DNA of 63,958 bases from Candidatus Omnitrophota bacterium. GTDB taxonomy: Bacteria > Omnitrophota > Gorgyraeia > Aquiviventales > Aquiviventaceae. This document shows, in pieces, positions 17,855-25,893 of the stretch. The notes beneath the pieces are model-generated. The model was not told where the DNA came from. It made no database searches and saw nothing but the letters and a program-made list of their open reading frames with translations. A program made the position numbers and the translations under genes. The first letter of the stretch is position 1; each line of letters opens with the position of its first letter. The stretch spans positions 1 through 63,958 of the forward strand of contig JACQWM010000015.1 of NCBI GenBank assembly GCA_016209275.1, in the 5' to 3' direction.

Positions 17855-18291
17855 CAGCCCCCCTTCGGCGTTAAGGTCAGCACCTGCCCTTGAAATTCAA
17901 CCTTGACACCGGTTCGATCCACCGATTTGATGATGACACCCTTGACGGCTTCTCCCACCCCATACACTTCGCTGTTGATGATCGCCGAAGGTTTCGGCCC
18001 GCCCCAGAGCACTCCTTGCAACTCCAACACCGGCATCGGGGTTTTGGCCAGCTTCTTCGCGTTCTTCCCATCGTCATCGCGGGCCGGGCGAAGCATCTCC
18101 TCATGCTGCGGTAGCAGGCTTTTCATCGGATCGCGCAGCGATTGCGCGGTATAGAGCGGGTCTCCTGAAATCGCCGGCGCTGCCGAGACCTCTTCACGGG
18201 TTGCGGCAAGCGCCGACTCCCCGATGATGAGCGCCCCGAGCCCTCCCACCACGATGAGGTTCCGCGCAGCCAAGTACTTCAACAGATGCAT
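17854..18291 (-). CDS. PilP/GspC-like pilotin-type periplasmic protein
   Basis: 145 aa. N-terminal TM, C-terminal beta-domain ..LELQGVLWGGPKPSAIINSEVYGVGEAVKGVIIKSVDRTGVKVEFQGQ... Lies between pilO and pilQ. Confidence 0.6.
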   Translation of the reverse strand: MHLLKYLAARNLIVVGGLGALIIGESALAATREEVSAAPAISGDPLYTAQSLRDPMKSLLPQHEEMLRPARDDDGKNAKKLAKTPMPVLELQGVLWGGPKPSAIINSEVYGVGEAVKGVIIKSVDRTGVKVEFQGQVLTLTPKGG

Positions 18292-18292
18292 G

Positions 18293-18814
18293 TCACGCCC
18301 CTTTCTTCGTGGCGGGCTGGATGCGGGGCAGATGGAATGTGCTCAGGACCAGCAGCACCGAGGAGAGCTCCCGATCCGTCTGCGGCTTGGCCATCTCCAT
18401 TCGCTCCACGCGGAAGAAATGCTCCGCGCGCTCGAGCTGGTCGAGAAATGCGCCGAGCTGATGATAGGAGGCTTGAAACTGCAGCGTCACCGCCAGGCGC
18501 GTGTAGTGCGCGGACGCCTGCGGGGCCTCGCGGTCGATGGTGGTAAATTTCAATCCGGCTTGCTCCCCGAGGGCCACCACGCGGTTCGCCAGCCATGAGG
18601 GATCCGGCTCAGGGGCGAGCCGCGCGCGGTAGCGCTCAACCCGGCCGTACAACGCCGCCACATCCGCCTGAAGCTTCTGGGTCTGCTGTTCCTGGACCGT
18701 CAGCGCGCGCAGCCGGCTCACGGTCGCCTGATGCCCTTTGTAGATGACATGATAGCCGAAGAGCCCGGCGAGGGCAAACATCACCGCGCTGAACACGAGG
18801 ACCGGTCGCATCAC
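18293..18814 (-). CDS. pilO: Type IV pilus biogenesis protein PilO
   Basis: 173 aa. TM + coiled coil + ..YTRLAVTLQFQASYHQLGAFLDQLERAEHFFRVERMEM.. Confidence 0.8.
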   Translation of the reverse strand: MMRPVLVFSAVMFALAGLFGYHVIYKGHQATVSRLRALTVQEQQTQKLQADVAALYGRVERYRARLAPEPDPSWLANRVVALGEQAGLKFTTIDREAPQASAHYTRLAVTLQFQASYHQLGAFLDQLERAEHFFRVERMEMAKPQTDRELSSVLLVLSTFHLPRIQPATKKGA

Positions 18815-18823
18815 CTTCTCCTG

Positions 18824-20413
18824 TTATAACCTTCGCTCGGCTTTCGCGTTGAGCTCAAACGTCCGATACGTGTACTCTTGCTGATTGCGGCGCTCCACCT
18901 GGTCGTGGATTTTCTCGACACCGGCCGACCCGAACGCCGCCTGGCTTTTCACGCGGGATTCAAAATTCCGGATCACTTCATCCTGGCGGCCTGGATCATC
19001 CAAGTAGCAGGCACCGGAGACCCGCAGCGTGCTCTGCCCTCTGCCGGTCGGATCCGGCCGATCCTCGAATGCCACGCCGGTCAGCCACACCCCATCCGGC
19101 AGCAACCGGGCCAGCACATCAAGCTTGGCGGCGACCCCGCTTCGCTGATCGACGAGCGCGGCCAGCACCCTGGCTTGCTCGCTGGCCTGCTGCATGAGCG
19201 GGGTCAACGCTTGCTGCTCCAACGCCGCCAGCCCAAAGCCGACATCGGGCCGCGAGCGTCGCTTCTGCGCGAGCGCGCGCTCTCCCTCCGCGTCTTGCTG
19301 CGCGAAAAACGCCCACGCGCTGATGAGCGCAATCACCGCGATGCTGACCGCGGCGAAGCTCTCCGTCGTTAGAAATTGCTCGAGAAGGTGTTTCAGCGCG
19401 GCTCGTCCTTGAGCCGCCCGAGCGCGCTCGGCCGGTTTGATCGTGCTGCGCTTCAAAAAGTCCAGGGCGGCGGCTGACCGATCGCCGCGGTGCCGCTGAA
19501 GCAAGCCTAAGGTCGCGGCAAACATCAAGGGCAATTCCTGGCCCGCCACCAGGGGCTTGAGCAAACCGCTTCCAAGCTCGACGACGCATCGCAGCTGATC
19601 CGACAGCCAGGCCTGCCACGCGCCGATTAAGGCGTCATCCCCGAAGAGCAGCACGGTGGGGATGATGGCCGAGGGATTCTCCCGGGTGAAGAAATCCATC
19701 GAGACGCGCAATTCGCTGAGGAGCCGCTGGGCGCGCGGGTCAACGCTCTCAAGCCCCGCCCCCCCCTGCGGCGATGCGGACAGGCTCGCGTGAGCATCCT
19801 CCGGCAACGCGATGTCCCTCGTCAGGTACGGCACCCCGCCGCGCGCGATCACCAAATGCGCCTGGCCAGGCTCCATATCCACCAAGCAGATATATTCGTT
19901 CGGATTGGAGGTCCGCTCTTTCTTTCCGATGGCCAGGCGGGCCAAGCTGAGGCTGCCGGGCTCAATGCTCGTCGGCTCCACACCGGCTTCGGTGAGCGCT
20001 GACAGAAATTGCTGGAACGCCGCGCGCTGGATGGCGGTAAACACCACGTGCAATTTCTTTTTGTCTTTGGATTCGAGCACATGATAATCCCACACCAGGT
20101 TTTCCGGCTTAAACGGCACGTAGCGGCGGGCCTCAAACTGCACCGCCCCCTCCCACTCCGCTTTCGGCAGCATCGGAAGGGTGAAGAAGCGCACCAAGAC
20201 GTCCTTCGTCGGGATGGCCACGGCCAGCCGCGCGTCCGCCAGATGCGCCTCGGCCACCGCCTGCCGGATGGCGGCGATCAGCTCTTGCTTCTCCGGCCCG
20301 CCGAGCGGCACGCGCACGCGCGCCGAAACTTTTAAGCCCTGCATGGCCAGTAGTTCGACCTCATGCGCCCGAATCACCAACCCTGCCGACGGTCCCGCGC
20401 TAAAGAAGCCCAT
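18824..20413 (-). CDS. Fused PilM (actin-like ATPase) - PilN protein
   Basis: 529 aa. The N-terminal ~330 aa are PilM-like (..AIPTKDVLVRFFTLPMLPKAEWEGAVQFEARRYVPF..). A TM segment (..AVSIAVIALISAWAFF..) and a PilN-like C-terminus (..LPDGVWLTGVAFE..) follow. Confidence 0.85.
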   Translation of the reverse strand: MGFFSAGPSAGLVIRAHEVELLAMQGLKVSARVRVPLGGPEKQELIAAIRQAVAEAHLADARLAVAIPTKDVLVRFFTLPMLPKAEWEGAVQFEARRYVPFKPENLVWDYHVLESKDKKKLHVVFTAIQRAAFQQFLSALTEAGVEPTSIEPGSLSLARLAIGKKERTSNPNEYICLVDMEPGQAHLVIARGGVPYLTRDIALPEDAHASLSASPQGGAGLESVDPRAQRLLSELRVSMDFFTRENPSAIIPTVLLFGDDALIGAWQAWLSDQLRCVVELGSGLLKPLVAGQELPLMFAATLGLLQRHRGDRSAAALDFLKRSTIKPAERARAAQGRAALKHLLEQFLTTESFAAVSIAVIALISAWAFFAQQDAEGERALAQKRRSRPDVGFGLAALEQQALTPLMQQASEQARVLAALVDQRSGVAAKLDVLARLLPDGVWLTGVAFEDRPDPTGRGQSTLRVSGACYLDDPGRQDEVIRNFESRVKSQAAFGSAGVEKIHDQVERRNQQEYTYRTFELNAKAERRL

Positions 20414-20425
20414 CTCTTAACCCAT

Positions 20426-20476
20426 CCTCATCTGCGTCATCTGTGTCATCATCTTTTCATAATCTCTGTAATCATC
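20426..20476. repeat. Tandem 9-mers (CCTCATCTG/CGTCATCTG/TGTCATCAT/CTTTTCATA) plus an 11-mer shared with the pilB-pilC gap
   Basis: Read directly in the pilMN 5' region. CTGTAATCATC at 20466-20476 equals 14365-14375. Confidence 0.75.
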
Positions 20477-20561
20477 CACGAATATCACTTAACGCTTCAT
20501 AGCATTACTCAAAAGCTTGCCTGATCTGCATGTCAAATGTCAAGCCCACCCCTGTTTTTCT

Positions 20562-21227
20562 TTACAGGCACGCCCCTGCCGGCGGCGGACTCACGTTATT
20601 CACGTCGATCCCAGGCCCGGTATCTCCTGCCGGCACCTGGGCATTGGACTCGGAAATGAGTCGAGCGATGGCTTCCCCGGAAAAGACGTGGGTATTGCCA
20701 GCACCATCATTCCAGGTGAACGCATATTCAACAACGTTATTGCCCACAGCACCCGGCAGCGCACCGCTTTCGTTGCGGAAGTTGAATGTCAGCGCAGTGA
20801 TTTGGTTGGCCAGCACCTTGACCGGCGCGCAGGGAGCACCTGCGCCGCGCTCGATAAATTCCAGCGCGTTGCCAACGGTGCGCCGGTATTCTTCCCACCG
20901 GTAGTTGGCCGCGTTATTAAAGCACGCTGGATCGCCTTGGGGAGCCGGCGGCGGCGGGCACTCCACATGCCGCGCCTGCAGCACAGTTCCATTCAGGATG
21001 CGAATCCGGTTGGCGCGCTCGATCGCTCGTGTGAGCGTCATCGTGGCCAACCCGGCGTTGGCTTGCTCGCCTTGGGTAAGCTGATACGTGTCTTTCAGCG
21101 CATCGTGCATGCGCGTGCGCCCCGCGTCAATCATGGCCATGCCGACTAAGACGACCACGGCGATGGCCGAGGCCACGAGAAGCTCCAGTAAGGTGATCGC
21201 TCGATGGCTAACGATGTCTACGTGCAT
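20562..21227 (-). CDS. Minor pilin (PilW/FimT-like), atypical leader
   Basis: Trimmed to MHVDIVSHRA|ITLLELLVASAIAVVVLVGM..; Ala rather than Gly at position -1. Confidence 0.7.
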   Translation of the reverse strand: MHVDIVSHRAITLLELLVASAIAVVVLVGMAMIDAGRTRMHDALKDTYQLTQGEQANAGLATMTLTRAIERANRIRILNGTVLQARHVECPPPPAPQGDPACFNNAANYRWEEYRRTVGNALEFIERGAGAPCAPVKVLANQITALTFNFRNESGALPGAVGNNVVEYAFTWNDGAGNTHVFSGEAIARLISESNAQVPAGDTGPGIDVNNVSPPPAGACL

Positions 21228-21646
21228 GTTCCACACGCTTGCGCGGTATTCCAACAAATTTGGACATCGATGGCTATGCATCCTCCCCCAGGACAATCCA
21301 CTCCGGCACCAAGTTGGCGAACTCGATAGCATCGAAGAGGACCCGCCAACCCCTTGCTTCCCCTGGCATCAGCAATGTTATCGGCCTGCCATCCTTGCGC
21401 GATCAGGTTGCAGTTCGCATCAAACCATGCTGGATCATCACATGCAATGTGGTTTCGCAATCGCTCAATCGTCTGCTGGGCCAGGGCGCTGGCCTCCGCA
21501 TAGCGGGTGTTGTTTTCATTCTTTGACATGCGGGCGGTGGACATGATGGCCATCATCGCGCCGGCCGCTACCACGGCAAACAAAATCGCGCCGATCATCA
21601 CTTCCATGAGCGTAAACCCTTTTGGGGCGATCGGCTTCATGGTCAT
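21218..21646 (-). CDS. Minor pilin (PilV/GspI-like)
   Basis: MTMKPIAPKG|FTLMEVMIGAILFAVVAAG..; Cys-rich C-terminus. Confidence 0.8.
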   Translation of the reverse strand: MTMKPIAPKGFTLMEVMIGAILFAVVAAGAMMAIMSTARMSKNENNTRYAEASALAQQTIERLRNHIACDDPAWFDANCNLIAQGWQADNIADARGSKGLAGPLRCYRVRQLGAGVDCPGGGCIAIDVQICWNTAQACGTCT

Positions 21647-22029
21647 GGTTCAGGCCACCCTGAAACATCCAGCCTTCCAGCTTCATTCATCGTCATCGAC
21701 TGTGCACCGCTGCTGGCCGTGGCTGTAAACGTGGCGTTTGGTCCTGTGCCAGCGCCAGCCGCGATGGCGTAGCCGACAGGACCCCCATTTGGGTTATCCA
21801 TAAAAATGTCCGCCCAGTTGGCGCTGTACTGATCGGCCTTGGACCAATAGGTGATCTCTCCGGCGCGGATGGTATGGAGCATGTCCCGGGCCTGCATCCA
21901 ATGGCTGCGCTCGATGGCGCGCTGATACATGGGCAGCGCGATCGCGGCCAAAATGGCGATGATGATCACCACGATCATGAGTTCCATTAGGGTCATGCCG
22001 TGCGCAACGCCTGCCGTCGTTCGTCTCAT
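21643..22029 (-). CDS. Pilin-like protein (PilE/GspG-like)
   Basis: ..VAHG|MTLMELMIVVIIIAILAAIALPMYQRAIE.. Confidence 0.8.
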   Translation of the reverse strand: MRRTTAGVAHGMTLMELMIVVIIIAILAAIALPMYQRAIERSHWMQARDMLHTIRAGEITYWSKADQYSANWADIFMDNPNGGPVGYAIAAGAGTGPNATFTATASSGAQSMTMNEAGRLDVSGWPEP

Positions 22030-22523
22030 TCGATCACCGGCTCTTCCGGCAGCGGATCACCAAGCAACGGAGGAGACCCGCCGCCAACCGGCCATGTCTG
22101 ATCCGCGCCTGGCGGCTTCGTTGTCGGATCCCAGGCATGAGTGACAGACAGAAACGAGTTGACGCCCTGCCGTTGCGCTGTGGCCGTAAACGTTGCCAAT
22201 GCCCCTGCTAAAGGTCTGCCGGTCCCATCGGTTGAAACCGCCACCCGAAACACGACCCCATCAACCGTGGGCAGCGGAGTGTAAATCTGCCGAAAGTCCG
22301 CCACGGCGGTGCCCGCAGTTGAGTCGACCGGCAGGAAGGTATTGTTCTGCGCCCAGTAGGCCCGTTCGCCAGCATAGATGGCACGAAGGATATCGATGGC
22401 GGCTTCCCGACGACGATTTTCAACCGCGCGCTGATACTGCGGCAGGGCGATCGCGGTGAGGACCGCCAGCAGCAAGACCGCAGCCAGCATCTCCATCAAG
22501 GTGAACCCTTGCGATCGCATCAA
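22026..22523 (-). CDS. Pilin-like protein
   Basis: MMRSQG|FTLMEMLAAVLLLAVLTAIALPQYQRAVE.. Confidence 0.8.
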   Translation of the reverse strand: MMRSQGFTLMEMLAAVLLLAVLTAIALPQYQRAVENRRREAAIDILRAIYAGERAYWAQNNTFLPVDSTAGTAVADFRQIYTPLPTVDGVVFRVAVSTDGTGRPLAGALATFTATAQRQGVNSFLSVTHAWDPTTKPPGADQTWPVGGGSPPLLGDPLPEEPVIE

Positions 22524-22846
22524 TACGCCACTCGGGTTGAAATTTCACGCGGCGTTGGACATGGCCCGGGAGGAGTGCACACCCCCGGACACGCAGAGAC
22601 CGTCACCACAACACTCACTCCATTTACCGCCAGCGGCCCGGCAGGGCTCCAACAGCCATTGAGTCTGAGCTGCTCTTGCGCCCACGTGACGCCGGCTTCG
22701 GAGGCGTAGAGCGCTTGGCTGCGCAGGCGGTGGAACCTGGCCCGGTGCGCCTCATTGCTCGCCATGGCCAGCAGCGCCATGCACACGATGGCGATCAAAA
22801 TCGCCGCCACCATCGCGAACGTCAGCACAAATCCTCTATTCTTCAT
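22520..22846 (-). CDS. PilX-like minor pilin (no Glu5), first gene of the pilus operon
   Basis: MKNRGFVLTFAMVAAILIAIVCMALLAMASNEAHR..ALYASEAGV..; GGAG Shine-Dalgarno 3 nt upstream of the ATG. Confidence 0.7.
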   Translation of the reverse strand: MKNRGFVLTFAMVAAILIAIVCMALLAMASNEAHRARFHRLRSQALYASEAGVTWAQEQLRLNGCWSPAGPLAVNGVSVVVTVSACPGVCTPPGPCPTPREISTRVAY

Positions 22847-22857
22847 CGTCTCCAGGC

Positions 22858-22895
22858 GATATCAGATATGAAACGGCCGTTTCATATCTGATATC
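22858..22895. repeat. GATATCAGATATC-family palindrome, copy 2
   Basis: GATATCAGATATGAAACGG|CCGTTTCATATCTGATATC, between the terminator and the pilX-like start. Confidence 0.95.
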
Positions 22896-22898
22896 AAC

Positions 22899-22930
22899 AA
22901 AAAACCGAGCCACCTGATTCGGTAGCTCGG
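22899..22930 (-). terminator. Rho-independent terminator
   Basis: Minus-strand RNA CCGAGCUACC-GAAUCA-GGUGGCUCGG-UUUUUU: 10-bp stem with one G.U pair, followed by U6. Confidence 0.8.
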
Positions 22931-23170
22931 CAATCTCTGCCTCTGGTCGGCCTCGGACTTCGTCCTCGGCACGCTCATCGGCGACCACGCACGCTGTGCG
23001 TGGTGCCCGCCTCGAGCGGCAGCTCGGCCATCTCAAGAGACCCGTAGCTTTGCCCCTCCTACGCTCAAACGTTTTCACGTTTGAGCTTCGGAGGGCCCTG
23101 CGTAGCTCAATCGTGCAAACGATTGAGCGAAGCAGGGGTCCCCAGATTACTCTGGGTTTGCCTTTATCGA
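22931..23170 (-). ncRNA. Candidate structured RNA of unknown class (sRNA or cis-acting leader of the pilus operon)
   Basis: No credible ORF. The region lies between a promoter-like element and the terminator. Hairpins: CCCAGA-GUAA-UCUGGG (23156-23141), two abutting paralogous two-tier hairpins (23137-23096 and 23095-23054), and CCACGCAC-AGC-GUGCGUGG (23003-22985). Confidence 0.5.
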
Positions 23171-23178
23171 CAATTATA

Positions 23179-23207
23179 AGTATGCCTCATCGTCAGGTGC
23201 GCGTCAA
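23179..23207 (-). promoter_or_regulatory. Candidate sigma70-type promoter for the structured RNA
   Basis: Minus strand: TTGACG (23207-23202), 17 nt, CATACT (23184-23179). A TATAAT hexamer abuts at 23178-23173. Confidence 0.4.
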
Positions 23208-23222
23208 GGCAGGGACGAGTCG

Positions 23223-23555
23223 TCACGCCCATGTGTTGGCGATCACCCAGGACAGATACGGGGGATGACCGGCCGTGACCGGCCAGGCAATGATCTCAGG
23301 GACATCATAAGGATGGAGCGCGCGGATCGTCTTGGAGAGCTCGGCAAATCGCTTCCGCGCGGTCTTGATCACGAGCAGGATTTCCGGGGCGCGCTCAATC
23401 TTGCCTTGCCACCGAAACACCGACGTCAGCCCTGGAACGATGTTCACGCACGCGGCCTGCCGCCGTTGCACGAGCCGCCCTGCGAGCCGCTTGGCCACCG
23501 CCATCGTTGGGCATGTCACGAGCACGACGACCACGTGCCCCGAGCGCGGCTTCAT
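23223..23555 (-). CDS. cutA: Divalent-cation tolerance protein CutA
   Basis: 110 aa; ..VVVLVTCPTMAVAKRLAGRLVQRRQAACVNIVPGLTSVFRWQGKIE..HPYDVPEII.. Confidence 0.88.
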   Translation of the reverse strand: MKPRSGHVVVVLVTCPTMAVAKRLAGRLVQRRQAACVNIVPGLTSVFRWQGKIERAPEILLVIKTARKRFAELSKTIRALHPYDVPEIIAWPVTAGHPPYLSWVIANTWA

Positions 23556-23752
23556 CGCCTCAGCGCGACGCTGAAATCATCCCCCTCGGCTTTCACGATC
23601 ACATGGCCTTCCCGCGCGAGCCAGCCGAGGCTCATGAGGGCGATGGCATTCGTGCGGGCAATGCCTGCGGCGATCTGAGAAAACCGGCTGTCCCCATGCT
23701 CGTCCAGGTAGTGCCAAATTTCTCCGGCGACAATGCCGATTTCTGTGATCAT
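23552..23752 (-). CDS. Small winged-helix protein (DUF2582-like)
   Basis: MITEIGIVAGEIWHYLDEHGDSRFSQIAAGIARTNAIALMSLGWLAREGHVIV.. Confidence 0.7.
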   Translation of the reverse strand: MITEIGIVAGEIWHYLDEHGDSRFSQIAAGIARTNAIALMSLGWLAREGHVIVKAEGDDFSVALRR

Positions 23753-23766
23753 CCCACCTCCTGCTC

Positions 23767-25893
23767 TTATTGAGCGGATTCCCGCCGCTCGCGGCGCAAC
23801 GCGGCGAGGCGCTCTTCAACGACGTTGGCTTCAGGAATCGGCTCGGCGGCCAGCTCTTGGTAAATCGCCTCGGCGGCGTCAAAACGCTCCTGGCGCTCCA
23901 GCAGCTTGGCCAGCGCCAGGCCGCCCCGCACGCGCCACGGAGGCTGGTCAATCCGCTGGTACCAGGCCATGGCGGTCTCAAGATCCCCGCCTTCCTCATA
24001 ACACGACGCGATGCGATACATCGATTCTCCGCGATCCGTCGGCCAGATCCGCAACGCCTCATCATACCATGAGATCGCATCCGCGTGCGCATCCGCTTGC
24101 CGCGCAAGGTCCCCAAGGCGGACCGCGAGTTTCGCGCGGTGGCGCGCGCTGAACGTGCCCGACTGGTACCACTCGCGCAAGCGCCGCGCCATCGCATCGC
24201 CCGGCTGCTCGCTCGATTGCACATCGATCAGCAACAGCTGAGCCTCAAACGCCTCATCCGTGCGCGGGGCCCCTGCGATGGCTTCTTGGCACAAGCGCAG
24301 TACCTCCGCCGGCTCCTCGCGATTGAGGGCGAGGAGTGCGGCGTAATACGCGGCCCGGGCCGCGAGCAGCGCGTTGGCAGGCGCTTGGCGAAGGCCCTCC
24401 AGCGCGCGCGCGGCGCGCTCCTCATCGCCCTGATTGAGGTAGGCGACCACCAGAGTCAGCTTCGCGTCATCAGCGATGGAGGCCTGAGGCATGGCGGCGA
24501 CTCGCTCAAACATCGTGACCGCGTCATCAAACGCCCCGTCCTGCAGATGAATGCGGCCGAGCTGGTACGCGGCGTACGCGCCCAGCGGCGTTTCCGGTGC
24601 GACCGCGGCCGCCCGCTCAAACTCATGCCGAGCGGCGGCGAGATCGCCCATGACGATCTGCGCTTCGCCAAGCCCATTGAGCGCGGCCTGACGGATGGCG
24701 GGATTTGCCGAAGCGGCCGCTAATTCATAAATCGTCTTCGCTTGCACCGGATTGCCCGCATCCAAGGCAATGGCCGCCAGCGGCACCTGGAGACGCTCGC
24801 GGGAGGCCGCATCAAGGTGGAGGCGCAGCAGCGTATGCAGCACGCTCTTGGCGGCCTCCAGCTGCCCCCAGCGACGGTGGAAATCCGCGATGACCACCCC
24901 GGCATCAAGCGCCAGCGGATGCCCGGGATCCTTGGCCATGAGCTGCCTCAGCGAAGCCATGGCCTCGGTGTCCTTGCCGGCCCGCAGCAAGCAGCTGCCC
25001 TGCGCAAACAGCGCTTCGGTCTGATGGTCGCCGGCAGGCCGCGCGAGGTACTGTGTGACGAGCGGCACGCTCTCCTCGCACCGTGCCTGTTGATACCGCG
25101 TCCAGCCCAACCCGAAGAGTGCGACCCCGGCCCACGAACTTTCCGGTGCCGCCTCGCGCACCCGCAAGTACGCGGCGGCCGCTTCGTCGTACCGCTTCAG
25201 CCCTCCATAGGCCTCGGCCAGGTAGAGCGAGGTTTGGGCGATGAGCTCCGGCCCTTGCGCTTGCTCCAACAGCGGCTCCAGCATGTCCGCGGCTTCCCGG
25301 TAGTCCTGCAATCGCAGATGGCAGAAGCCTTCAAACAGCTTGGCGTCGACCGCCACAGCACCCGACTCCTCGCGCAGAGCGACACGGTGAAAGTGCGGAA
25401 GCGCGCCTCGCACGTCCTGCTGATGCAAGAGGACCAGCCCAAGGCCGATTTCAGCTTGGGGTCCCCAAGTCGATTCCGGATAGGCCTCGAGCAGATGTCT
25501 GTAGGCTCGCGCGGCCCGGACCATTTGAAACGATTGGCGGCACACCTCACCCTCCCAAAACAGGACCTCCGACCACCAGAGGCCGTCGTCTTTGGCCAGC
25601 CGGAGCTTGAGCTGGTCCAGCTCGCCGAGCGCATCGCTGGATCGCTGCAATCGATGGAGGCTCAGGGCTAACCACAGCCAGACGCGCCGCGTTTCCGGCG
25701 CGGCAGGGCTCTGGGTCAAAAACCGCTGGGCTAAGACGGCGGTCGTTTCGAAATCTTCGCGCAGAAACGCTTGCTGGACGGCCGCATAGCTCGACGCGAG
25801 CTCCGCCTGCGCCCCTGAGGCCCAAGCGCTCAGAAGGATCAGGATGAGCCCGGCACGAGCCGAGCGGAGAGAACCGGTTCTAGGCATGCGCAT
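23767..25893 (-). CDS. Secreted tetratricopeptide-repeat (TPR) protein
   Basis: Trimmed to MRMPRTGSLRSARAGLILILLSAWASGAQA (signal peptide), because the longer ORF overlaps the uvrA 3' end. Repeated TPR-like A..Y..A..motifs run throughout. Confidence 0.75.
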   Translation of the reverse strand: MRMPRTGSLRSARAGLILILLSAWASGAQAELASSYAAVQQAFLREDFETTAVLAQRFLTQSPAAPETRRVWLWLALSLHRLQRSSDALGELDQLKLRLAKDDGLWWSEVLFWEGEVCRQSFQMVRAARAYRHLLEAYPESTWGPQAEIGLGLVLLHQQDVRGALPHFHRVALREESGAVAVDAKLFEGFCHLRLQDYREAADMLEPLLEQAQGPELIAQTSLYLAEAYGGLKRYDEAAAAYLRVREAAPESSWAGVALFGLGWTRYQQARCEESVPLVTQYLARPAGDHQTEALFAQGSCLLRAGKDTEAMASLRQLMAKDPGHPLALDAGVVIADFHRRWGQLEAAKSVLHTLLRLHLDAASRERLQVPLAAIALDAGNPVQAKTIYELAAASANPAIRQAALNGLGEAQIVMGDLAAARHEFERAAAVAPETPLGAYAAYQLGRIHLQDGAFDDAVTMFERVAAMPQASIADDAKLTLVVAYLNQGDEERAARALEGLRQAPANALLAARAAYYAALLALNREEPAEVLRLCQEAIAGAPRTDEAFEAQLLLIDVQSSEQPGDAMARRLREWYQSGTFSARHRAKLAVRLGDLARQADAHADAISWYDEALRIWPTDRGESMYRIASCYEEGGDLETAMAWYQRIDQPPWRVRGGLALAKLLERQERFDAAEAIYQELAAEPIPEANVVEERLAALRRERRESAQ

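Noticed and set aside
22836-23078. 80-aa minus-strand ORF and 90-aa plus-strand ORF (22996-23268) in the cutA-pilX gap.
   Set aside because: The minus ORF reads straight through the intrinsic terminator and the GATATC palindrome into the pilX-like gene. The plus ORF is antisense to stable hairpins and to the cutA 3' end. Neither has a ribosome-binding site. The region is better explained as structured RNA.
22931-23170. Identity of the structured RNA as tmRNA, RNase P RNA, SRP/4.5S RNA or 6S RNA.
   Set aside because: There is no tRNA-like acceptor/T-arm or tag ORF (tmRNA). The GGAAAGUCCGGGC / ACAGAAnCCGGCUUA-type RNase P cores are absent. There is only a weak resemblance (GUCCG..CCAGAGGCAGA) to the SRP helix-8 region, without the GGAA tetraloop. 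I could not fold a 6S-like closing stem and central bubble by eye. The class is left unknown pending a covariance-model search.
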